A stretch of 64,000 nucleotides of DNA from an uncultured Clostridia bacterium (GCA_930990975.1 CAKNRR010000001.1:9756-73755); one strand, 5' to 3'. Counted from the first letter of the stretch, positions 1 to 10,238 are shown. Numbers and translations are program-made. The notes: generated from the letters alone by a model not told the origin.

Positions 1-336
1 GGCATTGTCTTTGGTTGGTGTTAGTTCCAACATAAATTCATCACAATTTTTATTGACATACTCTTGAAGTCTTGCAAGCAGGTGAGTAATCATTGCCTTG
101 CCAATACCTTTGCCTTGATAATCAGGGTCTACCATAACATCAGTCAAAAACCCATGCGTAAAGCCGTCGCCAACCACACGAGCAATACCAACGGTTTTGC
201 CATCTTCAATGCAAGAAACTTTTAACATTGAGTTTTTAATTGATTTTTCAACCTTTTTATTATCTAAAAATTTCCATCCAAGCATTATATGCAATCTTTG
301 AAAATCTTTCACAGAAATTGAATTAATAATATCCAT
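1..336 (-). CDS. GNAT family N-acetyltransferase (C-terminal end runs off the window)
   Basis: Manual reverse-strand translation from the ATG at 336..334 gives MDIINSISVKDF...VVGDGFTHGFLTDVMVDPDYQGKGIGKAMITHLL. It has the acetyl-CoA binding QxxGxG/A motif (QGKGIGKA). It is absent from the ORF track because it is open at the window edge. Confidence 0.8.
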   Translation of the reverse strand, partial: MDIINSISVKDFQRLHIMLGWKFLDNKKVEKSIKNSMLKVSCIEDGKTVGIARVVGDGFTHGFLTDVMVDPDYQGKGIGKAMITHLLARLQEYVNKNCDEFMLELTPTKDNA

Positions 337-692
337 AATTTCATCCTTTTTTTATTAAATTTTAAGAGAAACAAGCAAAAATGATGTTTTTTTCGTTATT
401 TTTATATTAAATTAAGCTTTTTAACGATAAAATTAATAATTTTAAAACTGATAATTTAAAAATTATTTATGTTTTTTAATTTGCTAATTTATTTTTTGCA
501 TAATAATATGAATTATTACGAATAGTTTATCAATTATATATTATTTTGTCAAGTATACAATGTGGTGCAAATGGAATTTTGAAATGCAATAAGTTGAAAG
601 CCTTTTTTGCTTGCTTTTTTCTTTGTGTTTGTTATATAATAAAAGGTATTAATAACAAAGTGTTAAAAAGCATTAAATAATAGGAGAGGACA

Positions 693-3290
693 ATGGATAA
701 AAGTTATACACCAGAGTTGTTTGAATCAGAAATTTATAAAAAGTGGTTGAATAAAAATTATTTTGGCGCGACAGCTGATAATAGAGAGCATTACAGCATT
801 GTTATGCCACCACTTAATGTTACAGGGAAAGCTCATATAGGTCATGCACTTGACAATACTATTCAAGATATTTTGATTAGAACAAAAAGAATGCAAGGCT
901 TAAATACTTTATGGGTGCCAGGAACGGACCATGCAGCTATAGCAACCGAGCAGGTGCTTGTCAAAGATTTAAAAAGAAATGGCTTAAGCAAAGAAAGCAT
1001 TGGGCGTGAAGAATTTTTAAAGCGCGGTTGGGATTGGTATGGAAAGTATACTCATGTTATTTGTGACCAACTCAAGAAACTTGGCGTGTCATGTGATTGG
1101 AATCGTCTTGCTTTTACTATGGACGAAAATTTAAACAGGGCAGTCCGCCATGTTTTCTGTCAATATTATAAAGAGGGGCTTATATACAAAGGCAAGCGTG
1201 TTGTCAACTATTGCCCAAGCTGTAAGACAACAATTTCAGACAATGAGAATGTTCATATCGATCAAAATACATACCTTTGGTATATAAGGTATCCTTTTGC
1301 TGACGGTAGTGGGGAGGTGGTTGTTGCAACAACTAGACCAGAAACTTTATTTGGTGATACAGCTGTGGCAGTAAATCCAAATGACGAAAGATTCAAGGGG
1401 CAAGTTGGAAAAGATTTAATTTTGCCTTTGGTCAACAAGAAGATAAAGTTGATAGCTGATGATTATTGTGAAATGGGTTTTGGTACAGGAGCTGTTAAAA
1501 TAACACCAGCGCATGATCCAAATGACTATGAAGTTGGCTTGCGTCATAATTTGGATGTTGTAAATTGTATTGATGATGATGGAAAACTTACAGAAGTTGC
1601 TGGTAAGTTTGCAGGCATGGATAGAATAGAGGCAAGGGCATCTATAGAAAAAGCATTACAAGATGGTGGCTATTTAGTTAAAAAGGAAAAATATAAAAAC
1701 CAAGTTGGCACATGCGAAAGATGTGGCTCTTTTACAGAACCAAGAATTTCAACACAATGGTTTGTGAAGATGAAAGAGCTTGCAAAACCTGCCATTGAAG
1801 CAGTCAAGAGTGGAAAACTTAAATTCCATCCAAAGAGATATGAAAAAACCTATCTAAATTGGCTTGAAAACATACAAGATTGGTGTATTTCAAGACAAAT
1901 TTGGCTTGGGCATAGAATCCCAGTATTCACATGTGAACATGGACATACTTTTGCAAGTGAAGAATATCCAACTAAGTGTGAGGTGTGCGGAAGTGAAAAA
2001 TTGACACAAGACAACGATGTTCTTGACACTTGGTTCTCTTCAGCGCTTTGGCCATTCTCAACACTAGGATACCCAAACAATACTGAAGATTTAAAATATT
2101 ATTATCCTACATCTACCTTGGTTACAGGTTATGATATTATAACTTTCTGGGTTTCAAAGATGGTATTCTCAGGGATTAAATTTATGGGAGAAGTTCCATT
2201 TAAAGATGTTGTTATTCATGGACTTGTAAGAGATATAAAGGGCATCAAGATGTCAAAACACCTTGGAAATGGTGTTGACCCTATTGATATGATTGATAAA
2301 TATGGCGCTGATGCTTTAAGACTCAGCCTTATCAATGGTATGAGCATGGGGACTGATATCAAATATGGAGAAGAAAAGGCAAAAGAAGCTAAAATATTTA
2401 TCAACAAATTATACAATGCAAGTAAATTCGTAATTCAAAACTTACAAGGCATTGATGTTGAGGAGTTGAATAGCTTAAAATTGCAAGAAAAAGACAAGTG
2501 GATTTTGAGCGAACTTTCAAAACTTATAAAAACAGTGAATAAAAATATTGATAAATTTGCTTTAGGGGTGGCGACAAGCAATTTAATTGAATTTACTGTT
2601 TCAAAGTTCTGCGATTGGTATATAGAGCTAAGCAAAGTCGACCTTTATGGTGAGGATAAAGAAAGAAAAATGGTTGCTCAAAATGTCCTTTACTATGTAT
2701 TTGACAATTTGCTAAGACTTTTCCATCCATTTATACCATTTGTGACTGAATATGTATATCAAGAATTGCCAAATCATAGAGATACAATCATGTATACACC
2801 TTATCCTAAAAAGGTTGATGTCAAGGGACTTTCAAACAATTTTGAAAGAATAATCAATATAATAAAAGAGATAAGAAATACACGCGCACAATTTAATGTG
2901 CCAGACAATCGTCGTAGTTCATTGTATTTTATGACAGAAAAAGAGGACAAAGTTTTAAAAGAAAATCTTGAGGAAATTTCTAAACTTGCATTTGGAAGCG
3001 AGGTAAAGATAATCACAAAAGAACCTGATGAAAAATGCGCAAAAATTATAAGTGAAGAAGTTAAAGTATATTTGCCAATGGGACAACTTGTTGACAATGA
3101 AAAAGAAAAAGAACGCTTACAAAAAGAAATTGAAAAACTTGAATTTGAAATTTCTCGTTCTGAAAATATGTTGTCAAATCAAGGATTTGTTGCAAAAGCT
3201 CCAGAAAAACTTGTTGAAAGTGAAAAGCAAAAGTTGGAACACAATAGAATGATGTTGAATAAATTTAAAGAAGAAATAGCAAACTTTTAA
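693..3290 (+). CDS. valS: valine--tRNA ligase
   Basis: 865 aa with a class I HIGH motif (GKAHIGHAL) and KMSKS (IKMSKHLGN). It has the C-terminal coiled coil typical of ValS. RBS AGGAGAGG lies upstream. Confidence 0.97.
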   Translation: MDKSYTPELFESEIYKKWLNKNYFGATADNREHYSIVMPPLNVTGKAHIGHALDNTIQDILIRTKRMQGLNTLWVPGTDHAAIATEQVLVKDLKRNGLSKESIGREEFLKRGWDWYGKYTHVICDQLKKLGVSCDWNRLAFTMDENLNRAVRHVFCQYYKEGLIYKGKRVVNYCPSCKTTISDNENVHIDQNTYLWYIRYPFADGSGEVVVATTRPETLFGDTAVAVNPNDERFKGQVGKDLILPLVNKKIKLIADDYCEMGFGTGAVKITPAHDPNDYEVGLRHNLDVVNCIDDDGKLTEVAGKFAGMDRIEARASIEKALQDGGYLVKKEKYKNQVGTCERCGSFTEPRISTQWFVKMKELAKPAIEAVKSGKLKFHPKRYEKTYLNWLENIQDWCISRQIWLGHRIPVFTCEHGHTFASEEYPTKCEVCGSEKLTQDNDVLDTWFSSALWPFSTLGYPNNTEDLKYYYPTSTLVTGYDIITFWVSKMVFSGIKFMGEVPFKDVVIHGLVRDIKGIKMSKHLGNGVDPIDMIDKYGADALRLSLINGMSMGTDIKYGEEKAKEAKIFINKLYNASKFVIQNLQGIDVEELNSLKLQEKDKWILSELSKLIKTVNKNIDKFALGVATSNLIEFTVSKFCDWYIELSKVDLYGEDKERKMVAQNVLYYVFDNLLRLFHPFIPFVTEYVYQELPNHRDTIMYTPYPKKVDVKGLSNNFERIINIIKEIRNTRAQFNVPDNRRSSLYFMTEKEDKVLKENLEEISKLAFGSEVKIITKEPDEKCAKIISEEVKVYLPMGQLVDNEKEKERLQKEIEKLEFEISRSENMLSNQGFVAKAPEKLVESEKQKLEHNRMMLNKFKEEIANF

Positions 3291-4067
3291 TTGGAGAATT
3301 GTGTGAGAAAATGGATAAAATTGAGAGATTTGCCTAAAAAAGACAGGATTTTTCGTATAGTTAATTTGGGTTTTATGACTTTACAATTTTTGGCATGCGT
3401 AGGACTTGCGATATATTATTCTTGTATAGGTGACCCCAACAATAGACTTCTTACAAGCATTGGTATGGCATTTGTAATGGTTTTACCTTTGCTTTTAGAA
3501 CTTATTTTCAAGCGAAGATTGACAAACATCTTGTTCTTACTTTACCAAATTTATGCACTTATTGCTGGTTTGATTGGCTCTGTTCTTAATGTATATTATT
3601 TGGTAAGCTGGTACGATATTTTTGTTCACTGTCTTGCCGGTTACATCTTTGCTTTGGCTGGTATATTTGTGGTTTCAAGAGTGCAAGATTATAAAAAGCT
3701 TAACAAATGGCTTGTATTATTGTTTGCCTTTTGTTTTACTATGACATGCGAACTTGTGTGGGAACTTGGAGAGTGGTTCTCTGACCTTTTCTTAAATCAA
3801 ACAGCTCAAGGACTTCCAGCCGAAGGACACACAGCACCACTTGTCACCGACACAATGCTTGATATATTCTGTAATTTTAGTGGTGGACTTGTATTTGCTT
3901 TGCAATTTATCATTGGGAAAACAACAAAATGCTCTTTGGGAATTAATTTTTTAGAAAGGGAATTAGTATTAAAACGATATGATGAGTCGTTGCAAAAAGT
4001 AAACATGAGTTTGAATAATGTTTTGGCTGTTTCGGATAATGATGAAGAAGTGCAAAAAAAAGAATAA
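3291..4067 (+). CDS. polytopic membrane protein, possibly DUF2238/YjdF-like
   Basis: About 6 hydrophobic segments. It starts directly after the valS stop. The start codon is uncertain (TTG 3291, GTG 3303 or TTG 3321). Confidence 0.6.
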   Translation: MENCVRKWIKLRDLPKKDRIFRIVNLGFMTLQFLACVGLAIYYSCIGDPNNRLLTSIGMAFVMVLPLLLELIFKRRLTNILFLLYQIYALIAGLIGSVLNVYYLVSWYDIFVHCLAGYIFALAGIFVVSRVQDYKKLNKWLVLLFAFCFTMTCELVWELGEWFSDLFLNQTAQGLPAEGHTAPLVTDTMLDIFCNFSGGLVFALQFIIGKTTKCSLGINFLERELVLKRYDESLQKVNMSLNNVLAVSDNDEEVQKKE

Positions 4068-4103
4068 AAAACAATATGGATAACAAAAATGTAGAGAAGG
4101 AAA

Positions 4104-4136
4104 GAAAAGATTGAATGGAAAATCTTTTCTTTTTTA
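4104..4136 (+). terminator. rho-independent terminator
   Basis: Perfect 10-bp stem agaaaagatt/aatcttttct with a 7-nt loop and a T-run. Confidence 0.7.
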
Positions 4137-4169
4137 ATTTATAATATGTTTTATTATGTCGTATTTTGC

Positions 4170-4198
4170 TTGACGGTGGAGGGGTAGAATGGTATAAT
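4170..4198 (+). promoter_or_regulatory. sigma-A type promoter for the surface-protein gene
   Basis: TTGACG, 17 bp, TATAAT, with a TG extended -10 (tggtataat). Confidence 0.5.
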
Positions 4199-4259
4199 TA
4201 AATAATAATGAAAGAATATATTAAAAAATATTTTAAATAATATTATTTAAGGAGACATA

Positions 4260-7082
4260 ATGATAAAAAAGAATAAATTAAAAATTATTTTAATAATAAC
4301 TATTATAGTTTTATTCGTCTTTATGTTTTTTGGGGTTGGACTTGTCTTCTTAGGCGGAAGCAATAAGACATCTGCAGGAATATATGAACATTATTATTAT
4401 GTTAAAGGGTATTGTAAAACAAACGCCACTTCGTCAACAGCTAAAGAAGGGAATTATATGGGAGAAAATGGCAGCACTTACAACCCAGGTACAGTGGAAG
4501 TTAAATTTTCTGATGCCAGTTTAGATAATGATACCTGGGTAAATAGTTGGAATTGTTATGATGGAAGTGCTAATGCAAGTGATTCAAAAGCAAAGGGATA
4601 TGCTAAAATGGATTCTGGCGCATGGGGAACACCTCATTATAGATATAAGGTGGAAATTAAAGCTACAGCAAATGCTGGTTTTGGTGTTGTTGGTGTTTAT
4701 ACTCAATCAACAAACACTTCTGGTAATAGTCCAAGTTATGGTTCAAGCAAAACTGGTGTTACTACCACAAATAGCACCTCATCAACGGCATCAAAATCAG
4801 GTATAAGTGGTGAAGTTTCAGGAGGAGCAGTTGGTGGATCTACACGCAATGATACATACTATGCAATTTTTAATCCAATTTCTTATTCAGTAAAATTTAA
4901 TTTTAATGATGGCTCTGGAGGCTCAACAAGTTTGTCAACAACTTATGGAGATTATTACAATATGCCATCAAATCCAAAAAGAACAGGTTATACATTTGTT
5001 GGCTGGTTTAATACAAGCAGTTCAACTGGTGGAACTCAATATACATCAGGGAAAATAAAAGGAACAGGTACAAATGAGCTGTGGGCTCGCTGGAAAGCAA
5101 ATTCATATACAGTCAAATTTAATGGCAATGGAAGCACAAGTGGAAGTATGAGTGATCAAAGCTTCGCATATGGTACAGCGAAAAAATTAACAACAAACAC
5201 ATTTAAAAAGACAGGGTATACATTCTCAGGCTGGGCAACATCTTCAACTGGCGGGGTGTCATATAGTGATGGTCAAAGTGTATCAAATCTCACATCAATA
5301 AGTGGTGGGACAGTAACCCTTTATGCAGTTTGGACACCAAACATATATACAATAAGTTTAAATAAACAAAGTGGTTCAAACGGAACAAGCACGATATACT
5401 TAAAATACAATACAGGATGGTATTCAAATAACACAGGTACAACTTCGATTTCCGCAATAACAAAACCGACTCGGTCAGGATATATATTCCAAGGATACTA
5501 TACAGATACTGAAGGTAAAGGCACTCAAATAATAAATTCAAATGGAAATTTTGTAAGCGGAAAGTTGACATATACAACAGCCAATGACACTCTTTATGCT
5601 TATTGGACACCAATAAGCTATAGTATAAACTATGAGTTAAATGGTGGGGCATTTGGCGGGAACAGTCCAACAAATAATACACAATACAACACAGCAATAA
5701 ATGTCCCAGCACCACGGCCACCGACAGGTTATACCTTCGCGGGCTGGAGTGGAGGAACAAACTTTAACAGCTCAACAGCTCAAAGTGGCTCGGAAAGTGA
5801 TTCAATGTCAAGTTGGAGTGGAAGTTTGACAAAGAATACATACTTTAAGAATTTGACAGCAAGCGATGGAGTGACAGTAACTCTAGTAGCCAACTATACA
5901 GCCAACAATTATACAGTGACATTTGAAGCAAATGGAGGGACTGTTTCTCCAACAACCAAGAGTGTAACCTATGACAGCACTTATGGTGACCTCCCAACAC
6001 CAACAAGGACAGGATATAGCTTTACAGGTTGGACATTAAATGGAACAAAGATAACATCAACCACGACAGTAAAGACAGCAAGTAACCATACATTAGTGGC
6101 ACAATGGCAAGCAATCAGTTATACATTGACTTTTGATCCAAATGGACAAGGCGGGACAGTCAACCCAACAACCAAGAGTGTAACATTTGATACAACCTAT
6201 GGTACACTCCCAACCCCAATAAGAGCAGGGTATATATTCATAGGCTGGTATACAGATAAAAGTGTAGGAACTCAAGTATTGTCAACCACAACAGTCAAGA
6301 CAGCAAGCAATCACTCACTTTATGCCCACTGGCAAGACACATGGGCAAACCATACAGAGTCACCAAGTTTAAGAGTGCCAAGCAATCCAAACAATGCAAG
6401 CAATCCATACATAATCGACACGCCAGGAAAGTTAGCATGGCTAGCAATGCAAGCACAAACAAAGAATTTAAGTGGTTACTATGAACAAACAAAGAACATA
6501 GAGTTAGACGATTATATATGGCTACCAATAGGGACAAACACATATAGCTTTACAGGATACTATGATGGGAAAGGATATACAATAGAGGGACTACACACAG
6601 CAGAAACAACAGAAGTATCCAACTCAACCTCAGTTAACTCCTATGTAGGATTATTTGGGAATACCAACGGAGCAAAACTTAATAACATTTATATTAAAGG
6701 TGCAGACATAAAAGGTCATACAAATGTAGGTGGAATAGTAGGTTATGCCAGCGGTTCAACAGTGCTTACAAGCTGTGGTTTCAGTGGAACAATATCAGCC
6801 CAAGCAAACAGCGGAGCATTGATAGGAAGCGCAGTAAGTGGAGTGCAGATAACAGATTGTATAGTCTTCTCAGCAAATGTAGACAAGCTTAACTCAGGTT
6901 CAGCAACAATCACAAACACAGTTGATGTACTTAATGGAAAGAAAGGCTATTCAAGTGGGGAGTTTGAAAACTGGGTATATGTGAGCGGAATGTCATTCCC
7001 AGTGCCAAAGGGGTTATCTTGGCTTGCACAAGGTGGAGAACAGGCAACCATTGACGACATCAAAAATTGGGCAAATAGCTAA
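4260..7082 (+). CDS. membrane-anchored surface protein with six Listeria-Bacteroides (Flg_new type) repeats and a C-terminal GLUG-motif region
   Basis: N-terminal TM segment. Six repeats end in R/K-[TS]-GY-x-F-x-GW (RTGYTFVGWF, KTGYTFSGWA, RSGYIFQGYY, PTGYTFAGWS, RTGYSFTGWT, RAGYIFIGWY). GLUG-like segments are GLFGNTNGAKLNNIYI and VGGIVGYASG. Confidence 0.85.
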   Translation: MIKKNKLKIILIITIIVLFVFMFFGVGLVFLGGSNKTSAGIYEHYYYVKGYCKTNATSSTAKEGNYMGENGSTYNPGTVEVKFSDASLDNDTWVNSWNCYDGSANASDSKAKGYAKMDSGAWGTPHYRYKVEIKATANAGFGVVGVYTQSTNTSGNSPSYGSSKTGVTTTNSTSSTASKSGISGEVSGGAVGGSTRNDTYYAIFNPISYSVKFNFNDGSGGSTSLSTTYGDYYNMPSNPKRTGYTFVGWFNTSSSTGGTQYTSGKIKGTGTNELWARWKANSYTVKFNGNGSTSGSMSDQSFAYGTAKKLTTNTFKKTGYTFSGWATSSTGGVSYSDGQSVSNLTSISGGTVTLYAVWTPNIYTISLNKQSGSNGTSTIYLKYNTGWYSNNTGTTSISAITKPTRSGYIFQGYYTDTEGKGTQIINSNGNFVSGKLTYTTANDTLYAYWTPISYSINYELNGGAFGGNSPTNNTQYNTAINVPAPRPPTGYTFAGWSGGTNFNSSTAQSGSESDSMSSWSGSLTKNTYFKNLTASDGVTVTLVANYTANNYTVTFEANGGTVSPTTKSVTYDSTYGDLPTPTRTGYSFTGWTLNGTKITSTTTVKTASNHTLVAQWQAISYTLTFDPNGQGGTVNPTTKSVTFDTTYGTLPTPIRAGYIFIGWYTDKSVGTQVLSTTTVKTASNHSLYAHWQDTWANHTESPSLRVPSNPNNASNPYIIDTPGKLAWLAMQAQTKNLSGYYEQTKNIELDDYIWLPIGTNTYSFTGYYDGKGYTIEGLHTAETTEVSNSTSVNSYVGLFGNTNGAKLNNIYIKGADIKGHTNVGGIVGYASGSTVLTSCGFSGTISAQANSGALIGSAVSGVQITDCIVFSANVDKLNSGSATITNTVDVLNGKKGYSSGEFENWVYVSGMSFPVPKGLSWLAQGGEQATIDDIKNWANS

Positions 7083-7100
7083 AAGTTTTATATAGATGAA

Positions 7101-7128
7101 AAAAGACGGGGAATTTCCCGTCTTTTTT
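7101..7128 (+). terminator. rho-independent terminator
   Basis: aaaagacggg / cccgtctttt stem, 6-nt loop, T-run. Confidence 0.75.
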
Positions 7129-7298
7129 ATAAAATCTTATGATAAATAAAACCGATTGCTTTAATTTTAATTTCAACCATCTAAGATTTTAATGATTTGT
7201 TAAAATGTATAAAATTTATTATTTTCAAGTTGCAAGAAGAATATTTGCCAAAGAGAGTGATGTCCTTTTTCTATGCCGCAAGAAAATTATAATTATAA

Positions 7299-8138
7299 TT
7301 ATTCATCTTTTGTAAAATAACCAAAGCCATAGCACTTAGCTCCAACATGTGAGCCAACTACGCAGCCAATTTCACCAACAATAACTTCTTGGTTTTCGCC
7401 AATGATATTTTTAGCTTTTTCTTTCAATCTTTCAGCACCTTCTGGTATGTCTGAGTGAACAACATAGAAAGCATGGGATTCATCCATATTTTCGATTTTT
7501 GAAAGAATATAATTTTCTGCTTTTGGAATGCCTTGACATTTTGCAATATTCAAAACTTTTCCATTTTCAATAGAAACAATAGGCTTAACTCCGAGAATAG
7601 AGCCCATAAAAGCACCAGTAGAAGACAATCTTCCGCTATTTTTTAAGTATTTCAAATCATTGATGATTGCATAGACATGGATATTTCTTCTAAGTCTATA
7701 GAATTCTTCTTTAATTTTGTCAATATTTTGTTCTTTTTCAATAAACTTGCACAATTCAATTATGATAGCGCCTTGTCCAAGGGTGGTTGAAGCACTTTCT
7801 TCAATGAAGACATTTTTCATCCCAAGATTATCAGCTACCATTTGTGCTTGCAGTTTAGTTGTACTTAATTCCATTGAAATCACAATAGTTATAACAAATA
7901 CATCTTCTTTGTTTACATAATCTTTATAGAAATTTTCAAATTTGTAAGCATTAGGCATAGCTGTCTTAGGAATCAATCCAGTTGATTGCATTTTGTTGTA
8001 AAATTCACGAGTCTCCAGTCCTTCTGGATATAATTCATCACCAAACATTACTTCAATAGGAATGATTGTGATGTCGTATTTTTCCATATATTCTTTAGGT
8101 ATATCGCATGAAGCATCCGCAACAATTTTAAATTTCAT
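7299..8138 (-). CDS. DegV family fatty-acid-binding protein
   Basis: 279 aa. It has the N-terminal MKFKIVADASCDIP signature and the length typical of DegV. Confidence 0.85.
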   Translation of the reverse strand: MKFKIVADASCDIPKEYMEKYDITIIPIEVMFGDELYPEGLETREFYNKMQSTGLIPKTAMPNAYKFENFYKDYVNKEDVFVITIVISMELSTTKLQAQMVADNLGMKNVFIEESASTTLGQGAIIIELCKFIEKEQNIDKIKEEFYRLRRNIHVYAIINDLKYLKNSGRLSSTGAFMGSILGVKPIVSIENGKVLNIAKCQGIPKAENYILSKIENMDESHAFYVVHSDIPEGAERLKEKAKNIIGENQEVIVGEIGCVVGSHVGAKCYGFGYFTKDE

Positions 8139-8406
8139 TATCTCCTCCTTAAACTGTTGTTGGGTTAATCTATATTAAATTATATTTATTTATAAATACA
8201 ATCATATATTATCATTTTTCATTACTTTTGTAAAGCAATAATCAAATCTTGTTGCATTAAAATTGAGATAAATTTAGATTGGAACTTTTTAATATAGTAC
8301 TTGCTAGTTTTTGTTTAAACTTATTCCAAAAGCCATAGAAATATTGCTGGTCAATCACACATTATAAAAATAAAAAACAATTATTTTTTAAATTTTTAAA
8401 AAATGC

Positions 8407-8462
8407 TTGCTATTTTAAAAAGAATTATTTATAATATAGAACATAAGAGAACATTATGTTCT
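8407..8462 (+). promoter_or_regulatory. lexA promoter with a putative LexA operator
   Basis: TTGCTA (8407..8412), 17 bp, TATAAT (8430..8435). A perfect 15-bp palindrome AGAACATTATGTTCT sits at 8448..8462, with an extra AGAACAT half-site at 8438..8444. It resembles the Gram-positive GAAC-N4-GTTC box but has an N5 spacer. Confidence 0.55.
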
Positions 8463-8508
8463 TTTATAAAATGCCGTCAAATTGGAAGGTGCTAAAAGGG
8501 AGGAATAG

Positions 8509-9105
8509 ATGAAAGTAATAAACGATAAAATATTGCAAAACATTTTGCAATTTGTCAAAGTCTTTCAACTTGAAAATGGAAGAAGTCCCACATATAGAGA
8601 AATTAAAAATCATCTAAACTTGTCAAGCTTGTCAATTGTGAATAGGTATATTTCTATCTTGGTTGATAGGGGAGATTTGAAAAAGGATGATAGTGGAACA
8701 ATTGACATAACTTATAACATCAATCTAAGTCAATCAATCTTAGCCCCAGTGGTTGGTGAGGTGCGATGTGGTGAGCCTATATTAGCACAAGAAAATATTG
8801 AATCTGTTTTCAGGCTTCCAACTGAGATATTTGGGCATGACAATATTTTCCTTCTACATGCCAGAGGCGATAGTATGGAGGGAGCAGGTATAAGAGAAGG
8901 TGATCTGCTTGTGGTCAAGCAATGTTCGCAAGCAGAAAATGGAGATATAGTTGTGGCTTTGCTTGATGATAGCGCAACTGTAAAAACTTTCTATAAGAAA
9001 AAGGATTGTATAGTTTTACATCCAGAGAATGATAAGTATGAAGATATTATTACAAAAGATATAAAAATTTTAGGTGTAGTGCAACAATATATTCATAAGT
9101 TGTAA
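8509..9105 (+). CDS. lexA: LexA-type S24 repressor
   Basis: N-terminal winged helix (SPTYREIKNHLNLSS), the S24 catalytic Ser (GDSM) and Lys (ATVKTF). The cleavage-site region reads GEVRCGEP (Cys-Gly instead of Ala-Gly). Confidence 0.85.
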   Translation: MKVINDKILQNILQFVKVFQLENGRSPTYREIKNHLNLSSLSIVNRYISILVDRGDLKKDDSGTIDITYNINLSQSILAPVVGEVRCGEPILAQENIESVFRLPTEIFGHDNIFLLHARGDSMEGAGIREGDLLVVKQCSQAENGDIVVALLDDSATVKTFYKKKDCIVLHPENDKYEDIITKDIKILGVVQQYIHKL

Positions 9106-9115
9106 GGAGGCTATT

Positions 9116-9304
9116 TTGAAACTTAAATTATTTTGTCCGCATTGTGGAAGATGCCTTGGCGAATGTTTAGGTTCTGATGATTCAAGCAATTGCAGGGTAC
9201 TTATCAACAGCCCACAGCGCACAAGAAAAAAGTATTTTATTCATAATATGAAATGTTTAAAATGTAAAAATGAAATTTTTATAGTCATGGAATTTAAAGA
9301 TTAA
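9116..9304 (+). CDS. small zinc-ribbon protein (Mu Com-like CxxC...CxxC layout)
   Basis: 62 aa with CPHC...CLKC pairs. A strong RBS GGAGG lies 5 nt before the TTG start, 10 nt after the lexA stop, so it is co-transcribed. Confidence 0.55.
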   Translation: MKLKLFCPHCGRCLGECLGSDDSSNCRVLINSPQRTRKKYFIHNMKCLKCKNEIFIVMEFKD

Positions 9305-9526
9305 TATAATGATTAATAAATGAAGTTTTAAACGATTATAATTAATTATAAAAAAGTTATCATAATCAAACAAAAAAGTTTTAAATGAAATATGATGTTT
9401 AAAAAAAATGTAAATCGAAAATAAATAAAAGTTTTTACACAAAAATAAGCAGCGAACCCAGCGTTCCAGATAATTAATGTTATTTTGAAAGCTGGGTTTT
9501 TTATATGCTTATGACAATGAAAGATT

Positions 9527-9559
9527 AAAAAAGCTCAGCTTAATGCTGGGCTTTTTTTT
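9527..9559 (+). terminator. rho-independent terminator
   Basis: aagctcagc / gctgggctt stem (one G-U pair), loop ttaat, T8 run. It is preceded by a second hairpin with the same 3' arm at 9455..9502. Confidence 0.7.
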
Positions 9560-9618
9560 GTTTAAAATTTTTTTTTCGAACGGACAAGTGCTGTCCTATC
9601 GAGTTTTATACACTTAAT

Positions 9619-9993
9619 TTGAAATTAAAAGAAAGGAGGGAAAACGATAAGTTGGATTTAAAATATTCAAGCATCACTGCAGATATACTGAATGTTTTGA
9701 CTGATGGCAAAGTTCACACAATGCAAGAAATCGCAGATCAAGTTGAAGTCAGCCAGCGCACAGTCAGACGACACATACAATCACTATCCTATCGTTTTCC
9801 TATTCAGACTTTTAAGGGAGGAATTCAAAAGGGAGGTGTATACATTGAAAAAGAATTTATTTATCAAGGCAAAATAAGGACAAAAGAGGAAATTGAAATC
9901 ATCAAAGAAGCACTTGTCTTGATGAAAGAAAGGGAAGAGGAGAAAGATAAAAAATGTTTGATAGAAAATCTTATAAATGAATTTACTTTATAG
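9619..9993 (+). CDS. HTH (HTH_11/DeoR-N type) DNA-binding protein
   Basis: VHTMQEIADQVEVSQRTVRRHIQSL helix-turn-helix. The start may be the in-frame TTG at 9652, after RBS AAGGAGGG. Confidence 0.6.
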   Translation: MKLKERRENDKLDLKYSSITADILNVLTDGKVHTMQEIADQVEVSQRTVRRHIQSLSYRFPIQTFKGGIQKGGVYIEKEFIYQGKIRTKEEIEIIKEALVLMKEREEEKDKKCLIENLINEFTL

Positions 9994-10152
9994 ATAATTT
10001 AATTTATAAGAAGACAAAAAATAAAAAAAACAATATCAAAAGATATTGTTTAAGAATTTGTTTTTATGAAATTGATAATAGAAAGTTTTAATTGCTAAAA
10101 AAGTTTTAAAACAACGATGTTACCATCAAACAAAAATTTTAAAATTAGGATT

Positions 10153-10238
10153 TGGTGCCGAAGGCGGGAGTCGAACCCGCATGAAGTTGCCCTCGACAGA
10201 TTTTGAGTCTGTTGCGTCTGCCATTCCGCCACTTCGGC
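10153..10238 (-). tRNA. tRNA-Leu (anticodon CAA), type II with long variable arm, CCA encoded
   Basis: Reverse complement GCCGAAGTGGCGGAATGGCAGACGCAACAGACTCAAAATCTGTCGAGGGCAACTTCATGCGGGTTCGACTCCCGCCTTCGGCACCA folds as a cloverleaf. The anticodon loop is CTCAAAA. Confidence 0.93.

Noticed and set aside
540-692. T-box leader upstream of valS.
   Set aside because: There is no match to the T-box core (GGTGGTACCGCG-like) and no convincing specifier or antiterminator structure. Only a weak 4-bp hairpin is present.
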